Part shown: one piece after another, positions 45,997 through 57,173 of the stretch | How the letters are laid out: the number at the start of each line of letters is the position of its first letter | Numbering within the stretch: position 1 is the first letter of the stretch | Source of the DNA: a virus | Taxonomy: Duplodnaviria; Caudoviricetes | Virus record (IMG/VR): IMGVR_UViG_2595698393_000001 | Span: 1-64,000 of that record | DNA length: 64,000 nucleotides | Direction: 5' to 3' (one strand) | Made by a program: the position numbers and the translations under genes | Notes under the pieces: model-generated | What the model was told of the DNA's origin: nothing | Seen by the model: the letters and a program-made list of their open reading frames with translations, nothing else | Database searches by the model: none

Positions 45997-48320
45997 TATT
46001 TTATCTAGGAGAAAAAGTTAAGGGTGTTGTCGATAATAAGACAAGATTAACCAAGAACAAATTACGTTCTTGGGAGTACGGCTATAATCCTGATTTAGAC
46101 ATTGTTATAATTTCAAGAGACGGAACATTAGGAGAAGTATTCAATATCCAAGGACTAAAAATTGGACTACCTCAACAGCCTGATTCTGAAGAAATAATCA
46201 ACCACGGCAAAAATACATTCAGCCAAAAATGGAAACGAATAGATTTACCAACGGCATTAACCGACAAATCTATAGATAAAAAAGTTTCTGAAATATATTC
46301 TAGCGGTATTCCTAAAGATAAGGCTGAGGAAGAGGTTAACGAGTACATGATAAATCTATTCGACGAACACGAAGATTTTATTGCTACTGAGTACAAAAAA
46401 AGACACGAAGGCATTTGGATATACGTAAACGGGAATCCTGTTTATGTTCCAGGAACCTATTACTTCGGAGTTCAATGGGTTAAGGAAACAACTGATTTTC
46501 CTAACTTTAGAATAATACAAAACGAGTTAATGATATTTTGGGAGGCTTGTAAGGCCGATTCAAGATGTTATGGAATGCAGTACGTTAAGAATAGACGTAT
46601 GGGAGCAACGCTACTTGGGATATTTGAGTTCTTAGAATCAGGAACTATTACCGAAGACAAGATTTTAGGTATGATTTCTAAAAAAGGGGATGATGCAAAG
46701 AAGATATTTAGAAGACTTGTAACCGCTTTTAAGAGATTGCCGGCATTCTTTAAGCCAGTTACCGACGGCACCAACACTCCAAAGAAAGAACTAGTATTTG
46801 AGGAACCAACAAAAAGAAGAGGTCGTGGAGACGTAAGCACTAATGAAGGGTTAAGCACTTATATTTCTTGGCACAATACCGATATGAACTCGATGGATGG
46901 GGATGCGATATTCAGATCCATACTAGACGAAAGCGGTAAGTACCCACCAGATGTAAAATTTAGCGAATATTGGTCAATTGTAAAAACTTCTCACCGTAAA
47001 GGAGTTAAGATTACTGGAAAATCCATGGTAGTTTCTACTGTAAACTCACTAAAAAAAGGTGGTGGAGAATACAAAAAAGTATGGGACACTAGCGATTTAC
47101 TTGATAGAAACCCTAACGGACAAACAAAATCTGGACTATACAGAATATTTATACCCGCAAAATTCTGTTTAGAAGGAATGTTTGACGAGTATGGATTTAG
47201 TATTATTAAAGATCCAGAGAAGCCAATTAAAACAGACGAAGGAACCATTGTATCTATTGGTTCAGAATCTTGGTTAAGAAACGAAGAAGAAGCATTAAAA
47301 GGTGATCCTGAAAAGTATAACGAACAAAGAAGACAGTTTCCAGACACTATAAAAGATGCGTTCAGGGATGCAAGTAACGATTGTGAATTTAATCTACCTA
47401 AGATTTTAGAACAAATGGAATACTGTGAATTTGAGTTAAATGACAGATGGACTATTGAAAGAGATTTTTTAGGCAACGATGACTTAGAGCGCGGAAACTT
47501 TACTTGGAAAGACGGTATTAAAGACACAGAAGTTGTATGGCGTCCAGACAAAGAGAATGGAAGATTCTTTATAAAAAAAGGATGTCACCCACCAATAGAG
47601 TACAGAAACAAACATGAAGAAAAGTATAAAAACGGATCCCTTGGCAAAGCTCCTTTAGCAGAACATATAGGTGGTTTCGGAGTCGATCCATATAACAGAA
47701 GTATTAATGCAGATGGTAGAGGTTCTAAGGGTAGTATTATTGGCACCACTAAAACAAATACAGCAGATAACTTCCCTAACGACTTAATGTTTTTAGAATA
47801 CATAGACAGACCAAAGAAAGTTAAGCTATTCTTTGAGGACGTAATTATGTGCTCCGTTTATTTCTCAATGCCATTTTTAGCAGAGCAATCTAACGACCAA
47901 TTTTTGGCATACGTAAAAGACCGAGGGTATAGACATTATAGCGCGAACAATCCATTTAAAGTTTATAATGATTTAACTCCGCAAGAAAAAGAATTTGGTG
48001 GAGCTCCGCAACAAGATTCTAAAATTGGAGAAGGACAGTTTTATGCAACGGAAGCATTTGTAGAAGACCAACTAGGAGTTGCTAGGGACGCAAGCAATAG
48101 AGCTGTAGGGAAGATAGGGGATATGCCATTCACTAGGACACTTATTCAAATAAAAGACGTAGAAACATCAAACAGAACGAAATACGATGCATATATCGCA
48201 TTCTCACTTTCAAGGTTGCTTAACCAAAAAAGAGTAAAAAAAGAAACAACAAAACCTCAACCAGTATTTATTCCATTCCAGAAATATGACAATTCAGGTG
48301 GAATGTCAAAAAGATTATAA
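45993..48320 (+). CDS. terL: terminase large subunit
   Basis: KNRRMGAT Walker A, ILDESGK Walker B, STVN, GVDPY nuclease motif. Confidence 0.9.
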   Translation: MIFYLGEKVKGVVDNKTRLTKNKLRSWEYGYNPDLDIVIISRDGTLGEVFNIQGLKIGLPQQPDSEEIINHGKNTFSQKWKRIDLPTALTDKSIDKKVSEIYSSGIPKDKAEEEVNEYMINLFDEHEDFIATEYKKRHEGIWIYVNGNPVYVPGTYYFGVQWVKETTDFPNFRIIQNELMIFWEACKADSRCYGMQYVKNRRMGATLLGIFEFLESGTITEDKILGMISKKGDDAKKIFRRLVTAFKRLPAFFKPVTDGTNTPKKELVFEEPTKRRGRGDVSTNEGLSTYISWHNTDMNSMDGDAIFRSILDESGKYPPDVKFSEYWSIVKTSHRKGVKITGKSMVVSTVNSLKKGGGEYKKVWDTSDLLDRNPNGQTKSGLYRIFIPAKFCLEGMFDEYGFSIIKDPEKPIKTDEGTIVSIGSESWLRNEEEALKGDPEKYNEQRRQFPDTIKDAFRDASNDCEFNLPKILEQMEYCEFELNDRWTIERDFLGNDDLERGNFTWKDGIKDTEVVWRPDKENGRFFIKKGCHPPIEYRNKHEEKYKNGSLGKAPLAEHIGGFGVDPYNRSINADGRGSKGSIIGTTKTNTADNFPNDLMFLEYIDRPKKVKLFFEDVIMCSVYFSMPFLAEQSNDQFLAYVKDRGYRHYSANNPFKVYNDLTPQEKEFGGAPQQDSKIGEGQFYATEAFVEDQLGVARDASNRAVGKIGDMPFTRTLIQIKDVETSNRTKYDAYIAFSLSRLLNQKRVKKETTKPQPVFIPFQKYDNSGGMSKRL

Positions 48321-48323
48321 GCC

Positions 48324-50762
48324 ATGAACACAACAGAAAGAAAATTTACCCTTGCTTCTGGAATTACTCCGGACCCGTTAGCCTCTTATGCCGAAAAACT
48401 AGATCCTCAATACGGATTAAAATACGCCATGACTATTCAACAAGAATGGTTTAATGGAGGTATGATTACTAAAGACTGCGATTTTATGTCTAGGCACAAT
48501 TGGGTTAGAGAAATGCGTCTTTACAATAGAGGTGAACAAGGAATACAACCATACAAGGATATTGCTGCGAGACAGAATGAAGACCTGGAATGGATGAACA
48601 TGGATTGGACTATCATAAATGTTCTGAACAAGTTCAACAATGTTGTTCGCAATGGTATTTCTGATGAAAACTACAACCTAGACATTCGTTCTGCAGATAG
48701 ATTTTCTTTATTACAAAGAGAAAAGAACATTTTACGCCACAAAAAAAACATGGCTAACAAGGAAATGTTTGAAAAAGCGAAAGCAATGGGACTTCCTGAC
48801 CTTATGCCACAAGGATTTATACCAGAAGACGAGGAAGAAATGACTCTTTATTCTGAAATAAAAGAACGTCCAAAGCAAGAAATAGCAGAAGAAATACTAA
48901 TTAAGTTCGTTAAAAATGTAAGCGGATGGAACCATATCAAAAAAGAAACTGATAAGGATGCTGTATTGGTTGATTTACAAGTAGCAAGAGTTTACACTGA
49001 CCCTAACAACGGTGTTATGGCAACTTATGTTGATCCAGAAAACTTCGTACATAGCTATACTGAAAAGAATGATTTTTCTGATACATACTATTTCGGTGTT
49101 GTAGATACTATAACTATCAACGATATACGAAGAGAAAGCGGATATTCTGATACGGTATGTAGAGAAATTGCTAAAACTTACTCTGGTGATAATTCTCAAA
49201 GTGGAATAGCAAATTTTGATGAATGTGATATGGATCAATTACTTGATTTTAAAATTCAAGTTCTACGATTCACTTTCAAATCTGATAAAAAACAAATATA
49301 CAAAGCATACTACGATAGAAAAGGAAAACTTAAAAAAGTATCTAAAAGAGACGAGAACTATGAAGTTCCTGAAGGATCTGAAAAAAGTAAACTAGAACAA
49401 GGATTAGATACTTGGTACGAAGGAAACTATATAGTTGGAAGTGATAAGTATGTTTACGGATATAAAGAGTCTGAGAACACTACATTCGATGATATGGATC
49501 GCGTATTACCTCCATTCATAGCACAAGCTTCTGAATTATATAAGAACAAATTAAGGTCATTCCAGAGTAATGTTATTCCTATAGCTAATCAAATGCAGTA
49601 TGTGCACTTGAAAATGCAACATTTAATGTCTGAGTTAAAGCCTGACTTGATTGAATTAGATATTGACCAACTAGCACAGTTAACTACTGACATGAAAGAT
49701 GGAGATTCTAAGCAAGAGAATTGGAAAATGGCTTTATCCATATTAAATGCTAAGGGTGTTGTTCTTAAGAAAAGAATACAGATGGGTGACGAAGGCATCA
49801 AAGACGGTGCTAGTGCAAGACCAATGGGTAACCAACAAGGTTCTGCATTAACTATCCTATTAAATCTTTGGGCACACTACTACAATTTAATCAGAGAGAC
49901 AACAGGAATTAACCCTGCTATGGACGGTTCTTTATCTGAGGATGCTCTTGTAGGTGTAAACCAATTAATGAAGTTAGCAGGTAACTCCGCAACAAAACAT
50001 ATAGCAGATGCAGCCGTTTCATTCGATAAAAGAGTATCAGAAACTATAAGTTCTAGGCTTAAATCTATCTTCACTTTAAAGAAAGAAGCATCCCATTTAA
50101 TTAAGATGTATGAGCAAGCTGTAGGTAAGCATAATGTGGATGCATTAGAAACTTTGAAAAATAGAAGCAATTTTGAGTTCGGATTTACCGTAGAATTAGT
50201 ACCTTCGAAAGAAGAACTAGCAGAACTTAGAGAAGATTTAGGAATTGCACTAAACGAAGGGACTATAGATGTGTCTGAAAAATCTGATATTATGCGCATT
50301 GCCAGAGGTAATATGAAGCAAGCTGTAGAGTATATGAGGTTTGTAAGGACTCGTAAGATTAAAGAGCGAATGAAAGAAAATGCATACAATCAAAAATTGC
50401 AATCTCAATCTAATGCGGAAGCAGCACAGGTTAAAATGCAGGGAGATTTACAATTATTGCAAATGAAAGCTCAAATAGAACTTCAAAAAGAAGGAAACTT
50501 ATCAACATTAAGGGTAAAAGAGCATTTCCAAAAACTACAAGTTGAAGCACCTATAAGACAAGAATCTTTCCAACAAGACGTTTATATAGAGCAAATCAAA
50601 AATTTACAAACAATAAACTTAACAAAATACAAAGAAGACGCTAAATCGGATAGAGAAATCGAGAATAGTACTCGACAAAGTAAAATGATAGACCAAAGAT
50701 TAAAAGATAAAGGTCCTATCGATTTTTCTAAAAAATTCAGCCTAGAAAGTTTAATCGGTTAA
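48324..50762 (+). CDS. portal protein
   Basis: 812 aa directly after terL; IRETTGINPAMDG; long C-terminal coiled coil of podovirus type. Confidence 0.85.
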   Translation: MNTTERKFTLASGITPDPLASYAEKLDPQYGLKYAMTIQQEWFNGGMITKDCDFMSRHNWVREMRLYNRGEQGIQPYKDIAARQNEDLEWMNMDWTIINVLNKFNNVVRNGISDENYNLDIRSADRFSLLQREKNILRHKKNMANKEMFEKAKAMGLPDLMPQGFIPEDEEEMTLYSEIKERPKQEIAEEILIKFVKNVSGWNHIKKETDKDAVLVDLQVARVYTDPNNGVMATYVDPENFVHSYTEKNDFSDTYYFGVVDTITINDIRRESGYSDTVCREIAKTYSGDNSQSGIANFDECDMDQLLDFKIQVLRFTFKSDKKQIYKAYYDRKGKLKKVSKRDENYEVPEGSEKSKLEQGLDTWYEGNYIVGSDKYVYGYKESENTTFDDMDRVLPPFIAQASELYKNKLRSFQSNVIPIANQMQYVHLKMQHLMSELKPDLIELDIDQLAQLTTDMKDGDSKQENWKMALSILNAKGVVLKKRIQMGDEGIKDGASARPMGNQQGSALTILLNLWAHYYNLIRETTGINPAMDGSLSEDALVGVNQLMKLAGNSATKHIADAAVSFDKRVSETISSRLKSIFTLKKEASHLIKMYEQAVGKHNVDALETLKNRSNFEFGFTVELVPSKEELAELREDLGIALNEGTIDVSEKSDIMRIARGNMKQAVEYMRFVRTRKIKERMKENAYNQKLQSQSNAEAAQVKMQGDLQLLQMKAQIELQKEGNLSTLRVKEHFQKLQVEAPIRQESFQQDVYIEQIKNLQTINLTKYKEDAKSDREIENSTRQSKMIDQRLKDKGPIDFSKKFSLESLIG

Positions 50763-50784
50763 AACAAAAACTAAACATTACATT

Positions 50785-52266
50785 ATGAAAATTCGGAAAA
50801 AGCTGTACAAGGAAGAGGCGGAACTATTGGGGTTTCCGCCAAAACCAAACATGAAAAACAGAAATCAAGCAGAGTATTACATCGAAAAAGATGATTGGGA
50901 ACAAATTAAAAAAAGTAGACGAAATCCAACAAAAAGAGAAGCGTTAGAAAGAGAACCAAAGAAAAAAGGCATTGAAATAATAAATGACAATGCAACTGTA
51001 AACCACACAACAGGAACAGTTATTTCTGATCTAGGTGAGTTCGGAGTGTATTCATGTAGTAAAAACATGCACGGTGCTATCATGCGCGCATATTCAGACT
51101 CCTACGAAGGTAAAGGAGATACGCAAGCAATGATAGCAATGCGATACAACTTTACACATGCCAAAGCAGTAGCTAAGTATATGCGTATTCACGGAATGAC
51201 TAAATCAATGATAGGTCAAACCGATATTGAATTTGCTGATGGATTAACGGTAGAACAAGCCGTAGAAGAGAATATCCAATCAATGAAGCGTCAAGTCACT
51301 AAAGACACTGAAAAAAGAAAATGGATAGAAATACAAAAAGGATATGACAATTGGAATGAGTTCAGGTACGGTACATTAAAACCTTTCCAAAACTACATAG
51401 AAGAGTTTATCCCTAAATACAAAATAAAGAAAGTAAATTTAAAAGGATATAAGCACGAAAATATCGCTAGTGTTGTAGGTTCTAGTGATGAACATTTTAT
51501 GAAACTTTGTTATAATGCTTATGGTGAAGTTATCTATGACAGAGAAATAGCACTTCAAGAAGTCGTTAATCACACGAGTAGACTGATACAGAAACAACTT
51601 AAGCAGGGTATTCCAGATGTTTTTTATGTAACTATTGGAGGTGATGATTTACATATAGATAACACAGAACAAACTACAACCAAGGGGACTAAGCAAGCTA
51701 ATTCTACAGATGGTTCTTATAGAATGCATTTAGGCCAATACTTAGATATGACCTTGGCAAAGATTGATACTTATGCGCAAATCGCACCAGTTAAGGTTAT
51801 TAGCACTCCTGGGAACCACAACGAACATACAGCGTATTTATTAGCAGAGTTCATAGAAAGATACTACCAATTGAGCAACAAACATACATCAACAAATCAA
51901 GTGGAGGTTATAGTTAGGTATAGCGAACGTGTTTATATTCAGTACGGAAAAAACTGCTTCATATTTAATCACATGTCTAAAATGTCTTTAAATAGAACTA
52001 AGAAGGAAATCCATAAACTTATTATGTCTGAGGCTAGGCAACAAGGTATTAATATACAAAAAACAGATAGCTTTACAATGTTTAGCCAACATTTACACCA
52101 TGAATTGCAAGAAGATTTAGGCGGAATTGCTGAGTTAATAATATTTAAAAGTATATCACAGCCTGACGATTGGCATTCTGATAGTGGTTATGTAGGGTCA
52201 AAATTAGGAATGTCTATTTACGGTTACAATAAGTTTACCGGTAAAGATTACGTTTTTCATTCTTAA
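50785..52266 (+). CDS. metallophosphoesterase (calcineurin-like) protein
   Basis: SDEH, GGDDLH, PGNHN, HLHH motifs. Confidence 0.8.
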   Translation: MKIRKKLYKEEAELLGFPPKPNMKNRNQAEYYIEKDDWEQIKKSRRNPTKREALEREPKKKGIEIINDNATVNHTTGTVISDLGEFGVYSCSKNMHGAIMRAYSDSYEGKGDTQAMIAMRYNFTHAKAVAKYMRIHGMTKSMIGQTDIEFADGLTVEQAVEENIQSMKRQVTKDTEKRKWIEIQKGYDNWNEFRYGTLKPFQNYIEEFIPKYKIKKVNLKGYKHENIASVVGSSDEHFMKLCYNAYGEVIYDREIALQEVVNHTSRLIQKQLKQGIPDVFYVTIGGDDLHIDNTEQTTTKGTKQANSTDGSYRMHLGQYLDMTLAKIDTYAQIAPVKVISTPGNHNEHTAYLLAEFIERYYQLSNKHTSTNQVEVIVRYSERVYIQYGKNCFIFNHMSKMSLNRTKKEIHKLIMSEARQQGINIQKTDSFTMFSQHLHHELQEDLGGIAELIIFKSISQPDDWHSDSGYVGSKLGMSIYGYNKFTGKDYVFHS

Positions 52267-52276
52267 TACAAACTAA

Positions 52277-52816
52277 ATGAACGATGAAAATAAATTAGAA
52301 CCATTATGGCTAGATATTTCTGGTTATGATGGTTTATATCAAGCAAATAGAAGAGGAGATATTAGAAAGTGTAATAGTAAAATTTTAGTCAAACAAATAT
52401 ACAGAAGTGGTTATTTATGTGTATTTTTACTAGACTCGAAAGGAAAACAAAAAAGCAAGCAAGTTCATCGATTAATTGCAGAAACATTTATTCCTAATCC
52501 AGACAATAAACCTCAAGTGAACCATATAAACGGAATCAAAGATTGTAATTCTACTGGTAATTTAGAATGGAATACAGCAAAAGAAAACGTAAAACACGCA
52601 ATAGACAATAGATTGATGAAAACTGGTTGCGAAAGAAGCAACAGTTATTTTGACTCAAATCAAATAGAACTTATAAAGCAATGTATAGAAAAAGGGATTA
52701 GTCAGAAATTAATAGCTGATTCTTTTGGAGTATCAACTGTTACTATAAGTGACATTAAATTAAAGAAAAGATACAAGAGCGAAAAAAGGTTAACAGTAGC
52801 GAATAAAAACCAGTAA
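52277..52816 (+). CDS. NUMOD4-HNH homing endonuclease
   Basis: WLDISGYDGLYQ, VHRLIAETF, VNHINGIK..N...NLEW. Confidence 0.9.
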   Translation: MNDENKLEPLWLDISGYDGLYQANRRGDIRKCNSKILVKQIYRSGYLCVFLLDSKGKQKSKQVHRLIAETFIPNPDNKPQVNHINGIKDCNSTGNLEWNTAKENVKHAIDNRLMKTGCERSNSYFDSNQIELIKQCIEKGISQKLIADSFGVSTVTISDIKLKKRYKSEKRLTVANKNQ

Positions 52817-52986
52817 CCTCGAAATACCCGAAGCACATTTTAAGTGTAGTGAAGCTGTTAGTTATTCAACCCGTGTATTAATTTGCATGGGTTTCTTTTT
52901 TTTATTAATTTCATAGCTTATATAACGGATATTTATATTATCTTTGGTACTAGCTTTTTTAGTTCTATATACCCCCCGTAATGTTT

Positions 52987-53017
52987 AAAACCCTTCCTAA
53001 TCTGGAAGGGTTTTTTT
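52987..53017 (+). terminator. intrinsic terminator
   Basis: AAAACCCTTCC/GGAAGGGTTTTTTT; another terminator-like hairpin at about 52868-52903. Confidence 0.75.
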
Positions 53018-53080
53018 GTTCCATATACTATTTAATATAAAAATATTGATATTTTATATCTACTATAAGTAAAATTTATA

Positions 53081-53088
53081 TAACTTTG
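53081..53088 (+). promoter_or_regulatory. -7 box (TAACTTTG) of the capsid operon
   Basis: TAnnTTTG; the same 8-mer precedes the tail operon at 59003-59010. Confidence 0.6.
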
Positions 53089-53113
53089 TATTCATATAAG
53101 AAAAATTTATAGT

Positions 53114-54325
53114 ATGGAATCTATCGGGAAAAACTTTTTAAATGACTTTGATTTTACAGATGACAACGCGGCAACCCAACCAGAGGCGGCAGTTCCTGAA
53201 GTAAAAGCTGAGGAAGAAACTACAGGAGAGGTAGTTGAAACACCAGAAGTTGTTACGGAAGAAGTGGTTGAAGAAACTACTACAGAAGTAAAATCTGATA
53301 CTGAGGTTAAAGAAAAACCAGAAGTAGAAGTTAAGAAGGAAGAAAAAGTTGTAGAAGAGGTTAAGCCTATTGAATTAGACGACGATGCTATAAAAGCTTA
53401 TTTTAAGGAGAAAAAAGGAAAAGACATTGAATCAATAGATGATTTGTTTAAAACTCCTGAGAAAGCAGTAGATCCATTAGAGGGATTATCTGATGAAGCT
53501 ATTCAGTTCATAAACTATTCAAAGGAAACCGGTAGAGGTTTTAGTGATTTTGCAGAATTGAATAAAGACTTTACTAAAATGACTCCGCTAGAAATAGCAC
53601 AGAAGAAAGCAATAGATTTTTCTGATGGTGAGTTTACATCTAGTGAAGCAATAGAGTTCATTGAAAAAGAATTGAATATCGATTTATCTGAGGATTTAGA
53701 TAAGTTTGATTTAATAAAATTAAAAGGTTATGGTAAAGATTGGTTAAACAATAAAATCCAAGACCAAAAAAAATACAAGCAACCTATTGAGAGATCAGCT
53801 TCGCAACAAGGACCAGAAATGGTAACACTTGAAAACGGAGTTACTATCCCAAAAGAGCAATACGAAAATTGGACTCGTCAAAAAGAACAATACTTAGAAG
53901 GACTACAGAAGTCGCAGGATAATATCACGGCATCTACTTTCCAAGTTACAATTGACGAGAACGGAGAAGAAATTAAGATGGATATATCTTATGACTTTAG
54001 CCAAAAAGATAAGCATAATATGTTATCGGCAGCTTCAGACACGGATAAGTTTATTCAAGAATCATTCTCAAAAGACGGTGTAGTAGACTACGCTAAACTT
54101 CAAAAGGCAATGTTCTTTGCTCAAGAAGAAAACATGGGAAAAGTAATCAGTTCCGCAGTGAATAAGGCTAGGGCAGAATGGATTGAAGAATCTGTGAAGA
54201 ACAAAACCAATGCGAACTTTAGTACAAAATCTAAAATGCCTTCCGAACAACAGAAAGGTAGAATTGTTCCAATACCAGGAGCATCTTCAACAAGTGCGAT
54301 ACCATTTTCAGTTAACGATTTTTAA
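53114..54325 (+). CDS. capsid scaffolding protein
   Basis: Very acidic N-terminus; immediately upstream of the major capsid gene. Confidence 0.7.
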   Translation: MESIGKNFLNDFDFTDDNAATQPEAAVPEVKAEEETTGEVVETPEVVTEEVVEETTTEVKSDTEVKEKPEVEVKKEEKVVEEVKPIELDDDAIKAYFKEKKGKDIESIDDLFKTPEKAVDPLEGLSDEAIQFINYSKETGRGFSDFAELNKDFTKMTPLEIAQKKAIDFSDGEFTSSEAIEFIEKELNIDLSEDLDKFDLIKLKGYGKDWLNNKIQDQKKYKQPIERSASQQGPEMVTLENGVTIPKEQYENWTRQKEQYLEGLQKSQDNITASTFQVTIDENGEEIKMDISYDFSQKDKHNMLSAASDTDKFIQESFSKDGVVDYAKLQKAMFFAQEENMGKVISSAVNKARAEWIEESVKNKTNANFSTKSKMPSEQQKGRIVPIPGASSTSAIPFSVNDF

Positions 54326-54334
54326 TAGACAATC

Positions 54335-55666
54335 ATGGCATTCGATTTACAAACCAATAACCTTAGCGGAATTTCCGTTATCGACAAACCTGCAGGAGCA
54401 ATTGCAGATGCTTCAACATTCATTACTTTAAGCTCTTATGCTGATAAGTATGTACCAAAGTTGAAGCCAAAATTACACATGGCTAATGGCCGTGGAAAGA
54501 TCACTAAGCTTATTAGCTTAATGGGTCAAGAAGAACTTTACGCAAATGATCGCGTACAATGGGCTGAGGAAGGTCAGTTAAACACTATCATTAAAGGCGT
54601 AACTTATGCGCTTGCTTCTGGATTTACTTCAACTTCAGATCACAATTTAAGAGTTGGTGATATTGTTTTGATTTCTGATGGTGAAATCAACAAGCAAGCT
54701 ACAGTTACCGTTATCACTTCTTCTAAAATATTTGTTGCCACTCCGGATGACGGTGTTGCTTTTTCTTTCGCAGGTACAGTTTCTGTTATTTGTGATTTCT
54801 CTAACTCTTTTGCTAAAGGGACAGGAAACTTTGAAAAAGGTAAAAGATGGAATCCAGATGTTAAGGAGAACTTTTCTCACATTATCAAAGAAACTTATTC
54901 TATCGAAGGATCAGATATGTTTCACGATACTTGGATTGATACTCCTGATGGACCAAAATGGTACAACCATGAAGTAGAAAACACTGGTATCTTATTTGAT
55001 AACAAGGTTGAAATGACTTTCACATTATTTGAAAGAAAAGCTTCTGGTGACGCAGCAGGTATGAAAGGTTTTGTTCCTCAAATCGAACAAGGCGGTAACA
55101 TTGCTAACGAGTATATCACTGATATCGAAGAGTTATCTAAGGTTGCTTTAAGAATCAAACAACAAGGAACTGGATGTACTGAGTACACTATCTGGCATAA
55201 CCACGAACAAGGAGCTTACCTAAGACAAATGATGTCAGGTTTAAATGCGCATTACGCAGCAGGAAGCAACTACGGTATGTTCAACAACAGCAAAGACATG
55301 GCTATTAAATTAGGTTTTGCTTCTGTTTACATCGATGGTATCACTTTCCACTTTACTCCTTGGGATTTATTGGATAAACCGACATTACTTGGTAACCTTC
55401 AATTTAAAGCTTCAGGTATTGCTTGTTTAATCATTCCTTCTGGAACGACTTCAGTAATGCGTGACGGTAACACAGTAAGTAAGCCTTACTTATCTATCCT
55501 TTACAGAAACGCTGCTCGTAAGAGAGAAGTTAAAGTATTTGGACCAGGTGGAACTCAGCACAGAACCGATAATCAAATTACTGATTTTATGTCAGAATGT
55601 ACTAACATGTTAGTTGGTGCCAATGCATATTTCGTAGTTAGAACAGGCGCAGATTACTACGCATAA
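54335..55666 (+). CDS. major capsid protein
   Basis: 443 aa, strong codon bias, VQWAEEGQL; between scaffold and a terminator. Confidence 0.85.
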   Translation: MAFDLQTNNLSGISVIDKPAGAIADASTFITLSSYADKYVPKLKPKLHMANGRGKITKLISLMGQEELYANDRVQWAEEGQLNTIIKGVTYALASGFTSTSDHNLRVGDIVLISDGEINKQATVTVITSSKIFVATPDDGVAFSFAGTVSVICDFSNSFAKGTGNFEKGKRWNPDVKENFSHIIKETYSIEGSDMFHDTWIDTPDGPKWYNHEVENTGILFDNKVEMTFTLFERKASGDAAGMKGFVPQIEQGGNIANEYITDIEELSKVALRIKQQGTGCTEYTIWHNHEQGAYLRQMMSGLNAHYAAGSNYGMFNNSKDMAIKLGFASVYIDGITFHFTPWDLLDKPTLLGNLQFKASGIACLIIPSGTTSVMRDGNTVSKPYLSILYRNAARKREVKVFGPGGTQHRTDNQITDFMSECTNMLVGANAYFVVRTGADYYA

Positions 55667-55684
55667 TCAAATAGTAACATATAG

Positions 55685-55712
55685 GCAGGAGATTAATTTC
55701 TCCTGCTTTTTT
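55685..55712 (+). terminator. intrinsic terminator after the capsid gene
   Basis: GCAGGAGA/TCTCCTGC + T-run. Confidence 0.85.
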
Positions 55713-55729
55713 TAATACAAAGAGGAAAA

Positions 55730-56662
55730 ATGGCAAACAAAAACATCGTAACATTCAGGTTAACTAAAGGGAGATCTCCAGTGAGTTTCTCCATTCCAAC
55801 AAAAACAATGATGTTGGAAAAAAAGAATGAATCAGGTTTAAAAACTTTAAAGAGGGTTCATTATATTAAAGGAGTAGATAGTATTTGGGTAGAAGACTAC
55901 AAAGGAGATCAAAAACCTAACCCAATTGTATTTGAAGATGGTATTTTAGAGGTTGAAGCACATAACAGACCTTTACTAGAATTACTTAAGAAGCACAAGT
56001 GGTATAATAAAGAGTATGAAGTAATCGACGAAGACCTTCAAGCGATTAAAGAACTAGAGCAATTTGAGTTAGAGGAAGCTGCTTTATCTCGCATTAATAT
56101 TTCTGGTGAAGATGAATTAATGGCTAACGCTTTAATTTTGATTGGTGAACACGCTATTTCAATGTCGGAAGCTAAAGTTAAATTAGAACTTAAGAGAAAG
56201 GCTAAGGCAACTCCTCAAGCTTTAATTGACGAAATGAATAGTAGTGATTACAAAGTTAAGTATGTGGGTGCACTTGGTATTCAAAAAGGAGTGTTGAAGA
56301 TTGATCCATCAAGGACCCAGGTTCAATGGGCAGACGGTAAAACGATTATCACTGTTCCAGTAGGTCAAAGTCCTATCAAAAAATTAAGTGATTTCTTAAG
56401 CGAGAACACTGAAGCTTCGCAAATTACACTTCAAGAAATTGGAATACAAAACACTAGGATGTACAATAAAAAGAAGGAAGCTGATTTAGGCGCAGCAGTA
56501 AACGAAGTAATTACTTCAAAAGATGTAACTTTGTCAGACGAAGAGAAACATCAAAACGATCTTGAAGAGGCAAGACAAATGTATAAGGAACTAAATAATG
56601 GGAAAGAAGTTCCTAATGTAAAGAAAAACGATTTAGATTGGATTATGTCTAAGCTAGATTAA
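55730..56662 (+). CDS. conserved protein downstream of the capsid gene
   Basis: PIVFEDGILEV, IITVPVGQSP. Confidence 0.7.
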   Translation: MANKNIVTFRLTKGRSPVSFSIPTKTMMLEKKNESGLKTLKRVHYIKGVDSIWVEDYKGDQKPNPIVFEDGILEVEAHNRPLLELLKKHKWYNKEYEVIDEDLQAIKELEQFELEEAALSRINISGEDELMANALILIGEHAISMSEAKVKLELKRKAKATPQALIDEMNSSDYKVKYVGALGIQKGVLKIDPSRTQVQWADGKTIITVPVGQSPIKKLSDFLSENTEASQITLQEIGIQNTRMYNKKKEADLGAAVNEVITSKDVTLSDEEKHQNDLEEARQMYKELNNGKEVPNVKKNDLDWIMSKLD

Positions 56663-56711
56663 CAATAAACCGCATAGTTTTTTAGATGTGTGTTTGCTTT
56701 TTCCCGAAAGC

Positions 56712-56742
56712 ACAAAGCCCCTTAGTTGGGGCTTTGTTTTTT
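56712..56742. terminator. terminator between convergent genes
   Basis: ACAAAGCCCC/GGGGCTTTGT + T-run. Confidence 0.8.
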
Positions 56743-56869
56743 ATACCATCCAATCATCTTCCTCTACTTTATCTCTATAATCCGGAGACTTTACGAGCTT
56801 AAGTTTGCCGCATACTATTACCGCTAATATCAATCCTATCCAAAACAATGTTATTGTCATAATTTAAGT

Positions 56870-57160
56870 TTATAAGTCGAATAATTTTTTGTATTTACAA
56901 AATAATTGAGCGTAAGTGTAAAGGCTATCTTCGTAAAAATACTTTCCATCAACACCTTGTTTCAGTTTGCTGCCTTTAATAAATTGTTCAAACGTAGGCT
57001 TGTAAAAATTATTAAACGTATTGTTAGCACCAGATAAAATTAATTTCTCGTAACGTTCAATCGCTGTTAAATAACCTTTTCCATAGTCAGTTAATTTATT
57101 GTTTTTTTTAATGTATTGTTTTTCTTTTAGGTCTTTTTTAAAATCCTCTATTCCTTCCAT
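56870..57160 (-). CDS. hypothetical protein
   Basis: Part of the antisense island. Confidence 0.65.
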   Translation of the reverse strand: MEGIEDFKKDLKEKQYIKKNNKLTDYGKGYLTAIERYEKLILSGANNTFNNFYKPTFEQFIKGSKLKQGVDGKYFYEDSLYTYAQLFCKYKKLFDL

Positions 57161-57173
57161 TTCTATTTAATTT

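Noticed and set aside
52277-52900. HNH genes as group I intron ORFs
   Set aside because: Flanking genes appear intact and no intron core elements were recognised; treated as free-standing endonucleases
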